This document shows positions 8,847 through 23,734 of a stretch of DNA of 64,000 nucleotides, piece after piece. The position numbers were made by a program, and so were the translations under genes. Position 1 is the first letter of the stretch, and every line of letters begins with the position of its first letter. The notes beneath the pieces are model-generated. The model made no database searches. It worked only from the letters and a program-made list of their open reading frames with translations, and was not told where the DNA came from. The stretch is from Elusimicrobiota bacterium (GTDB taxonomy: Bacteria; Elusimicrobiota; Elusimicrobia; UBA1565; UBA9628), in NCBI GenBank assembly GCA_027452025.1, contig DAIDHI010000080.1, positions 58-64,057 of the forward strand. Direction: 5' to 3'.

Positions 8847-11561
8847 CTATGCGCCTTTGCTCACCTTCTCGAGAGTCAGCCAGCGGTTGGTGCCCGCGAA
8901 CTTTTGGTGCATGCGCGTGCGCGGCTCGCCGTGGGGTGCTCCGAGCTCGGCCACCTGCAAGTCGGCCAGCGCCTCCAGGCCCTTCTTCTTGAACTCGCGC
9001 AGCGAGGCCTCGAGAGCCATGCCCACTGTGCGGAAGGCCAGCAGCGTCGAGAATTGCAGGACGTAGCCGAGACCGCCGAGCTCCTCGTTGGCGATGAGCC
9101 GGCCCTCTTGCTTGGCCTTGCCCCAATGCAGCGAGGGGGAGAGATTGAAGCCCAGCATCTGATCCGGGAAATACTTGTGCACGCCTTGGGCGAAGGCCCT
9201 CGGCCCGTCGATGCCGGTGTCGTTGAACTCGGCCCAAATGACGTCCACGCCCAGAGACGCCGCCTCCAGGGCCCGCGCGATCGCGTGGTCGACGCCCGGC
9301 CCGCGCCCCCCCGGCACGGCGCCGTCCACGGCGTCGGTGCGCGCGATCACGACGAGGTCCGTCTCCGTCGCCTGGGCGGCGGCCTTGACGGCGATGAGCT
9401 TCTCGATCCACTTGTGGGTAGGTACGAGCACCTTGTCTCGCTTGCTGCCGTGATGGGCGATGATGTGGCCGCACGTGCGCTCGGCCGGATCCTGGTCCTC
9501 GAGATGCACGCCGGCGGCGCCCGCGCGGATGAGCTCGCGCGCCAGCGTGAATGTCTGCGTCGGCCCGCCGAAGCCGGCCTCGATGTCGGCGAAGATCGGA
9601 GGCGCGGCCAGGACCTCGCCGTCGCGGTCGTAGAAGTGTCGGTCGCGCGTGCCCTCGATGCCGCGCAGGAGCTCCTGCACCAGCGAGACCATGGAATGTG
9701 AAGGATATATCCCGATGTCTGGATACATGTTGTGGGCGACGGCCAGCTGCCAGCCGCTGGCGTAGATCGCCTCGAAGCCGAGCTCGGTCAGCAGCGACGC
9801 CGTCACGGCGTCGTAGGCCCCCGCCGTGTGGAGGTAGGACTCCGCCGGATCGCTCCGCCGCCGGGCGAAGCGCGCCTTGAGCAGCGCCCTCAGCTTCTGC
9901 GCCGGATGCGTTTTTTCAAGCGGCGCATACATCTTCGCGAACTGCGCCGCGGGATAGGTCCACTTCTTGAAACCTTCGCTGGGAACGGCCGCCGTCTCGC
10001 TGATCATATCTTGGCTCCATTGGCTGGCGCGCTCATAGCGTCGCTCCAGCGCCTCTCTTTGTGCGCGCTCGCCGTTCTGGCGCTGCGCGCGCAGATCCTT
10101 GAAAATCTTCTTCAGCTCCTCGTCGAACCAGCCCGCGACGAGCTCGCGCGTGACGCGCTCTCCCTCCGCGGCCGCGACGGCGTGCCTGATGCGCTGCGCG
10201 ACCATCAGCCGGTAAATCCGGTCCGTCGCCAGATCCTCCATGAAGTTGCCGATGAGGTCGCCGTGCCGGTCGTAGCCTTTGATCATCCGAGCGCCGAGCC
10301 CCGAGAGCACGCCGAATCGATATTCGATCATGGTCCGGATCGCGTCCTTGGTCCCGGCGACGGTGATCGCCCCGATCCCGGTCGGCGCGGGAGTCAGATC
10401 GGGCTTGACCTCGGCGCGCGCGGGAAACGAATGGAGCTGGTTGGGGGCGGGGAATTGGGAAATGGCGGCCTCGTGTTGATCGGGATGCCCGGTCCAAGCC
10501 CCGTCGAAGCCGCAATCCGCTTCATTCTTCTTGTCCGCGGCCAGCCGCTCCATGGCTCGTCCGTTGACCGCGGCATCGCCGCGGTCGGGAAAGAGCGCCG
10601 TCATGCCCCCGATCGCCAGCGCCCCTCGCCGATGGCAGATCTCGACGAGCCGGCGGCGAACATTCTGAAAAAAAGGGATGTCGTGCGGAATCGTGTTACG
10701 GTCCGGCAGGATCCAGCCCGGGTCGGCGAGCTTGAACTCGAGGAGGCTGGCCATATAGTCCCAGCGGCCCAAATTGAGGCCGATCGCGTGTCGGCGAGCC
10801 TCGTAGAGGATCTCCTCGATCTGATAAGCTGCGGGCAGCGACTCGATAAGATACATGATTTTCGTCGTTCCCTCCGGCACGCCGATCGCCGCCTCCATCG
10901 CGGCCAGCGCGTCCGAAAACCACCGCGCCTCGGCGGCCGATTCCACTTTCGGGATGTAGAATCCGAGCTTAGCCTGCAGCCCCGGCGAGTGGACCGCCGC
11001 TTTACGCAGGTCCGCCGTCGGGAAAAAGACCGCGACCATGTCGAAGAGCGAGGCCGACACAATCTCTCCCGGGACGGCTCGCGTTTCGTCGAGATGCAGG
11101 CCGCGGGGGCGGTAATACATAGCCTGAGCGCTCGGCTTGACGCGGGCGGTCTTGCCCGTTTGGGGGTCGGCATAGGCGAGCGTGCCGCGAATGGCCAAGA
11201 CGGTGTTTTCTTGGGCCGTCCGCACGTGCTCCCACTCGGGCGAGATGGAGTCCTCTCCATCCGGCATGCATCCCGGATCGTCGGCGTTGCACATGCCGAC
11301 CAGGATCTTCGCGTTGTCGGCCGGACCGGTGATCTGATTGCGCTGGTCCTTGGCCCAGTCCGGCAGCCGGATCTTCCAGGCCCCGCTCGTCGCCTCCGAT
11401 TCCGGGAGGTAGTCGGGCATCCGTCCTGCGCGCGCGGACGCCAGGGCCGCGCGGCGCTGCTGCAACAGGGCCTGGCGCCTAGGCTCGAAGCGCCTGTGGA
11501 GAGGCAGCAGGAACCCGCGCAAGTCATCCGGAACAATCGCGACGCTTTGTGTCGTTTTCAT
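8847..11561 (-). CDS. bifunctional malate synthase A / isocitrate lyase fusion (MS N-terminal, ICL C-terminal)
   Basis: Residues about 1-540 align with AceB (ITGP, RGLHL, GLNLGRWDY, ETLPA-like LIESLPA). Residues about 590-904 align with AceA (YASGWQLAVA, ADIEAGFGG, GVHLEDQ, TCGH in place of KKCGH, ARTDA). Single uninterrupted 904-codon frame. Confidence 0.85.
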   Translation of the reverse strand: MKTTQSVAIVPDDLRGFLLPLHRRFEPRRQALLQQRRAALASARAGRMPDYLPESEATSGAWKIRLPDWAKDQRNQITGPADNAKILVGMCNADDPGCMPDGEDSISPEWEHVRTAQENTVLAIRGTLAYADPQTGKTARVKPSAQAMYYRPRGLHLDETRAVPGEIVSASLFDMVAVFFPTADLRKAAVHSPGLQAKLGFYIPKVESAAEARWFSDALAAMEAAIGVPEGTTKIMYLIESLPAAYQIEEILYEARRHAIGLNLGRWDYMASLLEFKLADPGWILPDRNTIPHDIPFFQNVRRRLVEICHRRGALAIGGMTALFPDRGDAAVNGRAMERLAADKKNEADCGFDGAWTGHPDQHEAAISQFPAPNQLHSFPARAEVKPDLTPAPTGIGAITVAGTKDAIRTMIEYRFGVLSGLGARMIKGYDRHGDLIGNFMEDLATDRIYRLMVAQRIRHAVAAAEGERVTRELVAGWFDEELKKIFKDLRAQRQNGERAQREALERRYERASQWSQDMISETAAVPSEGFKKWTYPAAQFAKMYAPLEKTHPAQKLRALLKARFARRRSDPAESYLHTAGAYDAVTASLLTELGFEAIYASGWQLAVAHNMYPDIGIYPSHSMVSLVQELLRGIEGTRDRHFYDRDGEVLAAPPIFADIEAGFGGPTQTFTLARELIRAGAAGVHLEDQDPAERTCGHIIAHHGSKRDKVLVPTHKWIEKLIAVKAAAQATETDLVVIARTDAVDGAVPGGRGPGVDHAIARALEAASLGVDVIWAEFNDTGIDGPRAFAQGVHKYFPDQMLGFNLSPSLHWGKAKQEGRLIANEELGGLGYVLQFSTLLAFRTVGMALEASLREFKKKGLEALADLQVAELGAPHGEPRTRMHQKFAGTNRWLTLEKVSKGA

Positions 11562-11637
11562 GGTCGCCTAGCGTAAGAAATACCGCCGCGGGACTCAACG
11601 GAGGATCGGATGCGGGAGAGTAAAAGTTTCTTGACGG

Positions 11638-12396
11638 CTAGATGGCGATGCGAAGGAGGTCGCGCGCCAGGCCGACCCGACGCCGACCGCGCACGAGGGC
11701 GCGCAGCTCGGCCTCCGAGCGTTCCGACAGGTGGGTCAGCAGCCCGCGCCGGCACGCGGACGCGCCAAGAGTCGCCAAGGCCAAGGGAGGCGTCAAATGC
11801 CCGGCCGCGGGCGAAAGAGAGGACAGGGTGCACTCGAGAAGGAAGAGATCGGCCTCGGCCGCGAAATCGGCCAATCCCGGATCGTAGCCGGCGTCTCCGG
11901 AATAAACAAAGCTCTTCCTCTTATACGAGAGCCGGTATGCCAGGGCCGGCGTCGGATGCGGGACCGAGCGCGCCGCGACGCGCCAGTCCGCGCCTCGCGC
12001 GTCGCGGCCGGCAGAGAGTTCCTCGACCTCAAGGCGGTAGCCCCGGGGCGACAGCCAGGGGCGATAGGCGCCGCGCAAATCGTGGAGGAATCGCGCGAAA
12101 TCCCGCGGGCCCCAGAGCCGCAGCCGCCGGCTCCTCGGGCGGGCCTCGTAGCGCAGGAAGAAGAGGAGCGCCGCCAAGTCCCCTACGTGGTCGGGGTGGC
12201 GATGCGAGATGAAGACGTCGGTCACGCGCGCCGGGTCCAGGCCCGCGCGCGCCATCTGCCGGACGGCGCCGAACCCTAGGTCGAAGAGCATGATCCGGCC
12301 GTCCAGCACGACGGCGTTGGCCGCGGCGTTGCGTACCGCAGCTTTCGGCCGCCGCGGCGCGAACGCGCTGCCTGATCCCAAGATGACCAATTCCAT
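11638..12396 (-). CDS. MBL-fold metallo-hydrolase
   Basis: ISHRHPDHVGDL (HxHxDH) and downstream His/Asp ligands. Confidence 0.75.
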   Translation of the reverse strand: MELVILGSGSAFAPRRPKAAVRNAAANAVVLDGRIMLFDLGFGAVRQMARAGLDPARVTDVFISHRHPDHVGDLAALLFFLRYEARPRSRRLRLWGPRDFARFLHDLRGAYRPWLSPRGYRLEVEELSAGRDARGADWRVAARSVPHPTPALAYRLSYKRKSFVYSGDAGYDPGLADFAAEADLFLLECTLSSLSPAAGHLTPPLALATLGASACRRGLLTHLSERSEAELRALVRGRRRVGLARDLLRIAI

Positions 12397-12417
12397 GGGA
12401 CAATGTTAGAATAACAA

Positions 12418-12476
12418 GGTGTCAGACTTTCACTTTTCACTTACCTTTAATAAGTGGAAAGTGAAAGTCTGACACC
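12418..12476. repeat. 59-bp AT-rich near-perfect inverted repeat (23-bp arms, 11-nt spacer) in the divergent intergenic region upstream of acnA
   Basis: GGTGTCAGACTTTCACTTTTCAC ... GTGGAAAGTGAAAGTCTGACACC. One mismatch between the arms. Confidence 0.8.
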
Positions 12477-12518
12477 GATCGGACCGGTCGCCGTTAAGTC
12501 GGCTCCAGGAGAAACTCC

Positions 12519-15269
<2,751 letters not shown>

Positions 15270-16738
15270 CCCAGGGGTCCTCCCGGATCTGGGCGTCCCG
15301 CTGCTCGATCTGAGCGTCGAGGCGTTCGCGCTCGTTGGCCGGCAGGAGCTCGTTTTCCTGGCGCCGGCGCGCGGCCCAGCGCCGCCACCGCGCCAAAAAG
15401 TCGTGCACGAGGCGCTGGCGCCAACGCGCGTGGAAGGCGGCCGCGAAGCGCGCCAGCCGCGCGTCCGTGGGCGAGGGCGGAACCTTCGGAGCCATGCCCA
15501 GATCTTGATAAGGCTCGACCAGGTCCGAGGCGAGCAATTCCCGACGGCGCTCGCAGGCCGAGACCAGGCGGCGCAGGGGCGCGTCCAGGATCAAGTCGGG
15601 CTGGACCTGCTCGAGGCGGACGTAGAAGCGGCATTGGCTGGCCTGGGCGTCGCGCTCGTCGTAAAACCGGTCGCCTCCGCCTCCGTCCAGGCGCCGGTCC
15701 AGGTGCTGCAGTTCGTGAAGCAGCACGCCCGCCAACTGCCCTGACGCGTATTCGACCCGGGTGCTGCCGTCGGGATAGCCGTAGCGCACGGGCTCGCCGC
15801 GGCGGCCCGGCAGAAGATGCCGCCGCTCGTCGAGCGGATTGACGGCGGCCAGGGGAACAGGACGGCCTTGAAGCCCGGCCCGAGCCAACTGCTTGGCCAG
15901 AACCTGGGCATTGACGGCCAGGCGCCCCTTGAGCATCGGCGTCTCGACGTAGCCGGGAGTGACGGTGATGATCCAGCCGTCTTGCGGCTGCGCGGGAGAA
16001 ACCGGCACGACGAGCCCGTAAGGCTGGCCGCGCGTGCCGTCCATGACCAAAAAGGTTTGGGTCCTTTTGAGGGCGGCCACCGCGGCCCACGCGTCCTCGG
16101 GGTCGGCCGCCTGGAGGACCAACCTCGCCAGCGAATCGAAGGGCGGGCGCAGTGGGGGCAAGTCGGCCGCGGTGGGGCGTCCGGGATGCGGCTGGCGCCA
16201 GGGCACGACGAACGGCTTGGGAGCTTCGGCCTCCTTGGGCGGGGCGGCTCCGGTGCTGACGGCCACCGCGGGCGTGCTCACGGCCACCGCGGCGGTGCTT
16301 TGGGCGATCTGCGCGGCCGCGGTCGGCGTGCTGACGCGGACCGCCGCAGCCTTCGCTTTGCGCGGCGGGATCTTGACCTTGGGCAGCGGCTGGCCTTGCG
16401 CCTCCCATGCGGTCTCGAGATAGCGCTCGCCCTCGGGCGTCAGGCAGAGCTTCTTGAGGTCCTCGACGGCGACCAGCTTGGCCGCCACCGCGGGGCCGAA
16501 GCGCGTCTGGCACCTCCTCCAAAAGGCCATCTCGGCGGCCTTGCGGATGTTTTCCGGAGCATGGCCGGCCTCGCAGTCCTCGTTCCAGAGCCTCTGGTCG
16601 ACCTGCCAGTCGTCGGCCAGATCCTTGGTGAAGGAAGCCTCGCACTTCTTGACGGCCTGGGTGGCGCAGCCGCTCAAGAGCAGCGCGCCGGCCGCGCAAA
16701 GGCCCAGCGCCCGGACGGCGCTGCGCGCGCCGGCGACC

Positions 16739-17887
16739 TTAGGCCCTCGAGCGAAACCGGGACAGTCGGAAGCGGTGGAGGTTGAGATCGGGCTTGCCTC
16801 CCATGATCATCTCCGCCATCGTCTTACCGACGAGCGGGGCGAACTTGAAGCCGTGGCCGGAAAAGCCCGCCGCCACGAAGCCGTTGGGCGCGTCGGGCAG
16901 GCGGTCCAGGATGAAGTCGTCGTCCTTGGTGTTGTCGTAATGGCAGACGGCGCCCTCGAACTCGGTGAAATCGGCGAGCTCGGGGATGTAGCGGCGGAAA
17001 AAAGCCCGGCATTTTTTCTCGAACGCCGGCGGAGCCTCGCGCGGCGAGCCCGGCTCCGGCTTGCCCGCAGGCCCCTTGCGATGATCGGCGACCTTGAGGA
17101 AGCCGTGGATATGCAGAGGGAAGCCATAGAAGCCGAGCGGCAGGGCCGCGAAGACCGGGAAATGCTCGGGCCGGTAGCGCCCGCGGTTGGCCGGCGGGCG
17201 CACGTAGAGCTGGAACTGCCGTGTCACCTTGATCGGCAGGCGGAAATCCTTAAGCAGCTCGGGAGTCCAGACGCCGCCGGCGAAGAGATAGGCGTCGCCG
17301 CGCCAGACCTTGCCCGTCGCGTCCTTGACGCCCTTGATGCCCGACTTCTTGTCGTGGAGCACGGCGGTGACGCGGGTCTGCGCCCGAAACTTAGCGCCCT
17401 TGCGCTGGGCCAGGGCGGCGTAAGCCGCCACGGCGCGCTGGGCCCAAATCATGCCGCCGTCCTTGTGGAACAAGCCGTACTTGATGGCGCGGGTGTTCAC
17501 CATCGGGTAATTGCGGCGCACCTCGTCCTTGCTCATCTTGACGACGGGCAGCTTCATCTCCTTGAGGACGTCGTAGCTCTGGTCCTCGTAGCCCTTCGTC
17601 TTCGTGGCCAGCTCGAGCATGCCGTTCTGGACGAGGATCTTGTCCTCCCACTCGGCGTTGAGACCCAGCCACAGCGGCAGCGCCTTGACCGCCATGTCGG
17701 TGTAGAAAGCGTCCTTGCCGTAGGTCAGGCGGAAGGCGCGCAGGTGGTCGCCGGAGGCCTGCCACTGATTGGGGACGTCGAACTGGTCGAGCAGGGTGAC
17801 CGCCCGGCCCTTTTGGGCCAGCCAGTAGGCGGCGGTCACGCCCACGATCCCGCCTCCGACGACGATGACGCCGTTGCTGTCGTTCAT
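16739..17887 (-). CDS. FAD-dependent oxidoreductase (DAO / sarcosine-oxidase-like family)
   Basis: VIVVGGGIVGVTAAYWLA dinucleotide-binding motif. C-terminal GFSGHGFKFAPLVG typical of the DAO/SoxB/SolA family. Start moved to MNDSNG. Confidence 0.8.
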   Translation of the reverse strand: MNDSNGVIVVGGGIVGVTAAYWLAQKGRAVTLLDQFDVPNQWQASGDHLRAFRLTYGKDAFYTDMAVKALPLWLGLNAEWEDKILVQNGMLELATKTKGYEDQSYDVLKEMKLPVVKMSKDEVRRNYPMVNTRAIKYGLFHKDGGMIWAQRAVAAYAALAQRKGAKFRAQTRVTAVLHDKKSGIKGVKDATGKVWRGDAYLFAGGVWTPELLKDFRLPIKVTRQFQLYVRPPANRGRYRPEHFPVFAALPLGFYGFPLHIHGFLKVADHRKGPAGKPEPGSPREAPPAFEKKCRAFFRRYIPELADFTEFEGAVCHYDNTKDDDFILDRLPDAPNGFVAAGFSGHGFKFAPLVGKTMAEMIMGGKPDLNLHRFRLSRFRSRA

Positions 17888-18282
17888 CTCAAAAATCGAG
17901 CTTCGATGCGCCTGAGGACTCCGTCGTAGCCGCCGGGCCCCGTCCGCAGCCATACGGCTCCTTCCTGCTCGGCGGCCCGGCCCAACCCGCCGTCCGCCGT
18001 CACGACCGTCACTCCCGCGCCGGAATACCGGCGGGCGCGCACGCGATCGAGGATCAGCGCGTCCGCCGGCTCCTCATGAGAGGCCCTCACACGCAGGTTC
18101 TCGGCCTCCCAGCGCCAGCCCCGCCTGGGGCCGTCGAAGAACAGCTCGACTTCCAACTGCCCTCCGGCCTCGGCGCAGATGCGCGAAAGAATCGTCACCA
18201 GGCGCTGCGCTTCCTCGTCTTCGTCCTGGGCATCCACCCCGCGCACGAGGTTGGTCCCATCCACACAATAAAGCCGCGACAT
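17884..18282 (-). CDS. NYN/YacP-like domain protein
   Basis: YCVDGTNL ... LFFDG ... ADALILDRV pattern resembling the YacP NYN ribonuclease-like fold. Weak. Confidence 0.4.
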   Translation of the reverse strand: MSRLYCVDGTNLVRGVDAQDEDEEAQRLVTILSRICAEAGGQLEVELFFDGPRRGWRWEAENLRVRASHEEPADALILDRVRARRYSGAGVTVVTADGGLGRAAEQEGAVWLRTGPGGYDGVLRRIEARFLR

Positions 18283-18380
18283 CGGATTATATCTTAAAGT
18301 CTAGCAAACCTGTGTTCATAGGACCGGGACCCAGGGGCCCTTGACACCCACGGCCGGGCTCTTTAAACTTTTCGCAGGCG

Positions 18381-20517
<2,137 letters not shown>

Positions 20518-20534
<17 letters not shown>

Positions 20535-20967
20535 GGATCGCCGCCCATTCGGCGGGCGCGACCGGCTGGACCGAGAGGCGAGAGCGCTTGAAGAGCGCCA
20601 TATTCTCGAGCTCGGGCATCCCGCGAAGCTCGTCTAAAGGGATCAGCCGCTTAAACCTGCGCCCGAAGCGCACGTCGACATGGAACCAGATGGGCGCGTC
20701 CATTTTGGCCTTGGGATCGAAATGGACGTCCTTGCGGTCGAATTGGGTCGCGTCGGGATAGGCCTCGCGCGCGACCTCGACGACGCCGGCGATGCCGGAA
20801 GGCTCGGCATTGGAATGGTAGAAGTAGGCCAGATCGCCCCTCTTCATCTCCTTCATGTAGTTGCGCGCCTGGTAGTTGCGCACGCCGCTCCAGCCCGTGA
20901 CCTTGTCGCGCGCGAGGTCGGCGATGGAGTAGGCCGACGGCTCCGACTTCATGAGCCAGTGGCGCAC
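20518..20967 (-). CDS. EVE (PUA-like) domain protein
   Basis: MRHWLMKSEPSAYSI...GVRNYQARNYM EVE signature. Confidence 0.8.
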
Positions 20968-20968
20968 G

Positions 20969-22423
20969 TTATTTAGAGCCGTTGCTCTTGGGCCCGTAAG
21001 GATACCACCACGGCTTGGCCTTCTGCTCGAAGTCCCAGTGGACGTGCTTGGACTGCTGGAACTCCTCCAGGCCCTCTTCGCCGAGTTCCCGCGAGCCGCC
21101 GGTCGCCTTGTAGCCGCCGAAGGGACCGGCGTCGTTGTCGGTGAGCGGATCGTTGATCCAGATCGTGCCCGCCTGGACCTCCTCGAAGAACTTCTTGGCC
21201 TTGCGCGCGTCGTGCGTGTAGAGGTTGGCGCCGAGTCCGTAGATCGAGTCGTTGGCCAGCTTGATCGCGTCGTCGAAGTGCCGATAGGGCATGACGGGAC
21301 AGACCGGGCCGAAGGTCTCGTCGCGCATGACCGTCATCTTGTGGTCGACGTCGGCCAGCACGGTGGGCTCATAGAAGAAGCCCCGCGGCCGGTCCTTCGG
21401 CCGCTTGCCGCCGGCCAGGAGCTTGGCTCCCCTTTTGAGCGCGTCGCGCACGTGCTCCTCCACCTTCTCGCGGTAGACCCCGCCGATCATGGGCCCCACG
21501 TCGGTGGCCGGATCGAAGCCGTCGCCGAGCCGGAGGGACCTCGTGAAGTCGGCCAGCCTTTCCAGAAAGGGCTTATAGATATCCTTCTGGACGTAGACGC
21601 GCTCGGCCGACGTGCAGACCTGCCCGGTGTTGAGAAAAGAGGCCCAAGCCACGGCCTTGACGGCCACGTCGAGATCGGAGTCCTCGCAGACGACGAAGGC
21701 GTCCTTGCCGCCCAGCTCCAGGTGAGCCTTCTTGACCATGTCGGCGCAGATCCGCGAGATGCGCTTGCCGGTTTCCAGCGAGCCCGTGAAGGCGATGAGG
21801 GCGACGTCTGGATGCCGCACGATCGCCTCCCCCGCCGTCTCCCCCAGGCCGGTCACGATCTCGACGACGCCGGGAGGCAGGACGTCGAAGATCCTCTCGA
21901 AGGCGAGCGTCGAAAGCGGCGTCTGCTCGGCCGGCTTGAGCACGATGGTGTTTCCGGCGGCCAGCGCCGGAGCGAGCTTCCAGGCCATGAGCAGGATCGG
22001 GTAATTCCAGGGCACGATCGCGCCGACGACGCCGTAGGGCTCCTTGACGACGAGGTTGAGCTGCGAGGTCTCGATCGACGGGATCACGCGGCCGCGGCGG
22101 CCCCGCGCGAGCTCCGCGTAGAATTCAAAGCAGGAAGCCGACCAGCCCATCTCGTCCTTGTTCTCCCGAAAAGGCTTGCCGCCTTCCTGGGTGAGGACCT
22201 TGGCCAGGTCGTCGGCGCGGTCCTGGATGCGGCGGGCGATCTCGCGCAGCATCTGCGCCTTTTCGTGGGCCGGCGTCCGGCGCCAGCCGTCCCAGGCCTT
22301 CTTGGCGCGGGCGACGGCCTTGTGCACTTGCTCGGCCGGCATGTCGGGCACCTGGCCGATGATCTGCTCGGTGGCCGGATTGACGACGGATATGGCGGCG
22401 TTCTGGATTTTAGGCATGGTCAC
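20969..22423 (-). CDS. NAD(P)-dependent aldehyde dehydrogenase
   Basis: ALDH family. ELGGK and catalytic Cys region (GQVCTSAER), FTGS..TG. 484 aa. Confidence 0.9.
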   Translation of the reverse strand: MTMPKIQNAAISVVNPATEQIIGQVPDMPAEQVHKAVARAKKAWDGWRRTPAHEKAQMLREIARRIQDRADDLAKVLTQEGGKPFRENKDEMGWSASCFEFYAELARGRRGRVIPSIETSQLNLVVKEPYGVVGAIVPWNYPILLMAWKLAPALAAGNTIVLKPAEQTPLSTLAFERIFDVLPPGVVEIVTGLGETAGEAIVRHPDVALIAFTGSLETGKRISRICADMVKKAHLELGGKDAFVVCEDSDLDVAVKAVAWASFLNTGQVCTSAERVYVQKDIYKPFLERLADFTRSLRLGDGFDPATDVGPMIGGVYREKVEEHVRDALKRGAKLLAGGKRPKDRPRGFFYEPTVLADVDHKMTVMRDETFGPVCPVMPYRHFDDAIKLANDSIYGLGANLYTHDARKAKKFFEEVQAGTIWINDPLTDNDAGPFGGYKATGGSRELGEEGLEEFQQSKHVHWDFEQKAKPWWYPYGPKSNGSK

Positions 22424-23697
22424 ACCTTCGAGAACGCCCGGCGGGCGGCCAGGATCGTGCGGTCGACGTCCTTGGGCCGATGAGCCGCCGACAAGAAGGC
22501 CGCCTCGAATTGCGCGGGCGGGAAATAGACGCCCTCCCGGAGCATCGCGTTGAAGAAGCGCGCGTAGCGCTTGGCGTCGGCCTTCTTGGCCGACGCGTAG
22601 TCAAAGACGGGAGAGTCGCAGAAAAAGACCGTGAACATGGAGCCGGCGGAGTTGACCCGCACCGGCACCTTGGCCGCGCGCGCGGCGCCCAGCAGGCCGG
22701 CGACGAGCCGCGTCGTGGCTTCGTTGAGGCCCCGGTAGGGCCGGTCGCGGCGCAGCAGGCGCAGGCACTCGAGGCCGGCGGCCACGGCGACGGGGTTACC
22801 GGAAAGCGTGCCGGCTTGATAAACGGGGCCGAGGGGCGCCACGAGCTCCATGATCTCGCGCCGTCCGCCGTAGGCCGCCAGCGGCAGGCCGCCTCCGACG
22901 ATCTTGCCGAGAGTCGTCAGATCCGGCGTGATGCCCAGGGCGTTTTGCGCCCCGCCGTAGCAAAGGCGAAAGCCGGTGATCACCTCGTCGAAGATGAGCA
23001 GGGCCTTGTGCCTCTTCGTCAGCGCGCGCAGCCCCTCGAGAAAGCCGGGCCTCGGCAGCACGACGCCCATATTGCCCACGAAGGGCTCGACGATGACGGC
23101 GGCGATCTTGCCGCCGAGCTTGGAAAACGTCCGACGCGCCGCCTCGAGATCGTTGTAGGGCAGGGTCAGGGTGGTCCGGGCCCAGGCGGCGGGCACTCCC
23201 GCGGAGTCCGGCACCCCGAGCGTCGTCGCCCCCGAGCCGGCCTGCACCAGCAGGCTGTCCACGTGGCCGTGATAGCAGCCCGAGAACTTCACGATCAGGT
23301 CCCGCGAGGTCGCGGCCCGCGCCACCCGCAGCGCGCTCATCACGGCCTCGGTGCCGGAGCTCGTCAGCCGCACGCGCTCCAAGGACGGGATCGCGCGCCG
23401 CAGCTCCTCGGCGAGCTCCACTTCGGCCTCGGTGGCCGCGCCGAACGTCGAGCCCCGCCGCAGCGCCTTGGCCGCCGCGGCGGCGATCTCCGGCCGCGCG
23501 TGGCCCAGGATCAGCGGCCCCCAGGAGAGGCAGTAGTCGATGTAAGCGCGGCCGTCGGCGTCGACGAGCCGGCAGCCTGAGCCTTCGACGGCGAAGCGCG
23601 GCGCGCCCCCCACGGCCCTGAAGGCCCGCACCGGGGAATTGACGCCGCCGACGAGGACTTTTTGCGCGCGAGAAAAGAGCTTTTGGGACCGGGTCAT
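22420..23697 (-). CDS. hemL: glutamate-1-semialdehyde 2,1-aminomutase
   Basis: LVGGVNSPVRAF N-terminal motif. PLP-lysine region of aminotransferase class III. Start moved to MTRSQ. Confidence 0.9.
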   Translation of the reverse strand: MTRSQKLFSRAQKVLVGGVNSPVRAFRAVGGAPRFAVEGSGCRLVDADGRAYIDYCLSWGPLILGHARPEIAAAAAKALRRGSTFGAATEAEVELAEELRRAIPSLERVRLTSSGTEAVMSALRVARAATSRDLIVKFSGCYHGHVDSLLVQAGSGATTLGVPDSAGVPAAWARTTLTLPYNDLEAARRTFSKLGGKIAAVIVEPFVGNMGVVLPRPGFLEGLRALTKRHKALLIFDEVITGFRLCYGGAQNALGITPDLTTLGKIVGGGLPLAAYGGRREIMELVAPLGPVYQAGTLSGNPVAVAAGLECLRLLRRDRPYRGLNEATTRLVAGLLGAARAAKVPVRVNSAGSMFTVFFCDSPVFDYASAKKADAKRYARFFNAMLREGVYFPPAQFEAAFLSAAHRPKDVDRTILAARRAFSKV

Positions 23698-23734
23698 AGG
23701 GCCTAAGGTACAATAAATAAGGAGGGTACGGGCC

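Noticed and set aside
9732-11576. 614-aa plus-strand ORF antisense to the MS-ICL fusion
   Set aside because: No domain signatures. Arg/Leu-rich. Overlaps a well-supported gene.
16265-16312. Short tandem repeat (about 21 bp x2-3, GTGCTCACGGCCACCGCGGCG)
   Set aside because: Lies inside the lipoprotein CDS and simply encodes the AVAVSTPAVAVST linker. Not an independent feature.
20951-22483. 510-aa ORF antisense to aldehyde dehydrogenase / hemL
   Set aside because: GC-frame artefact.
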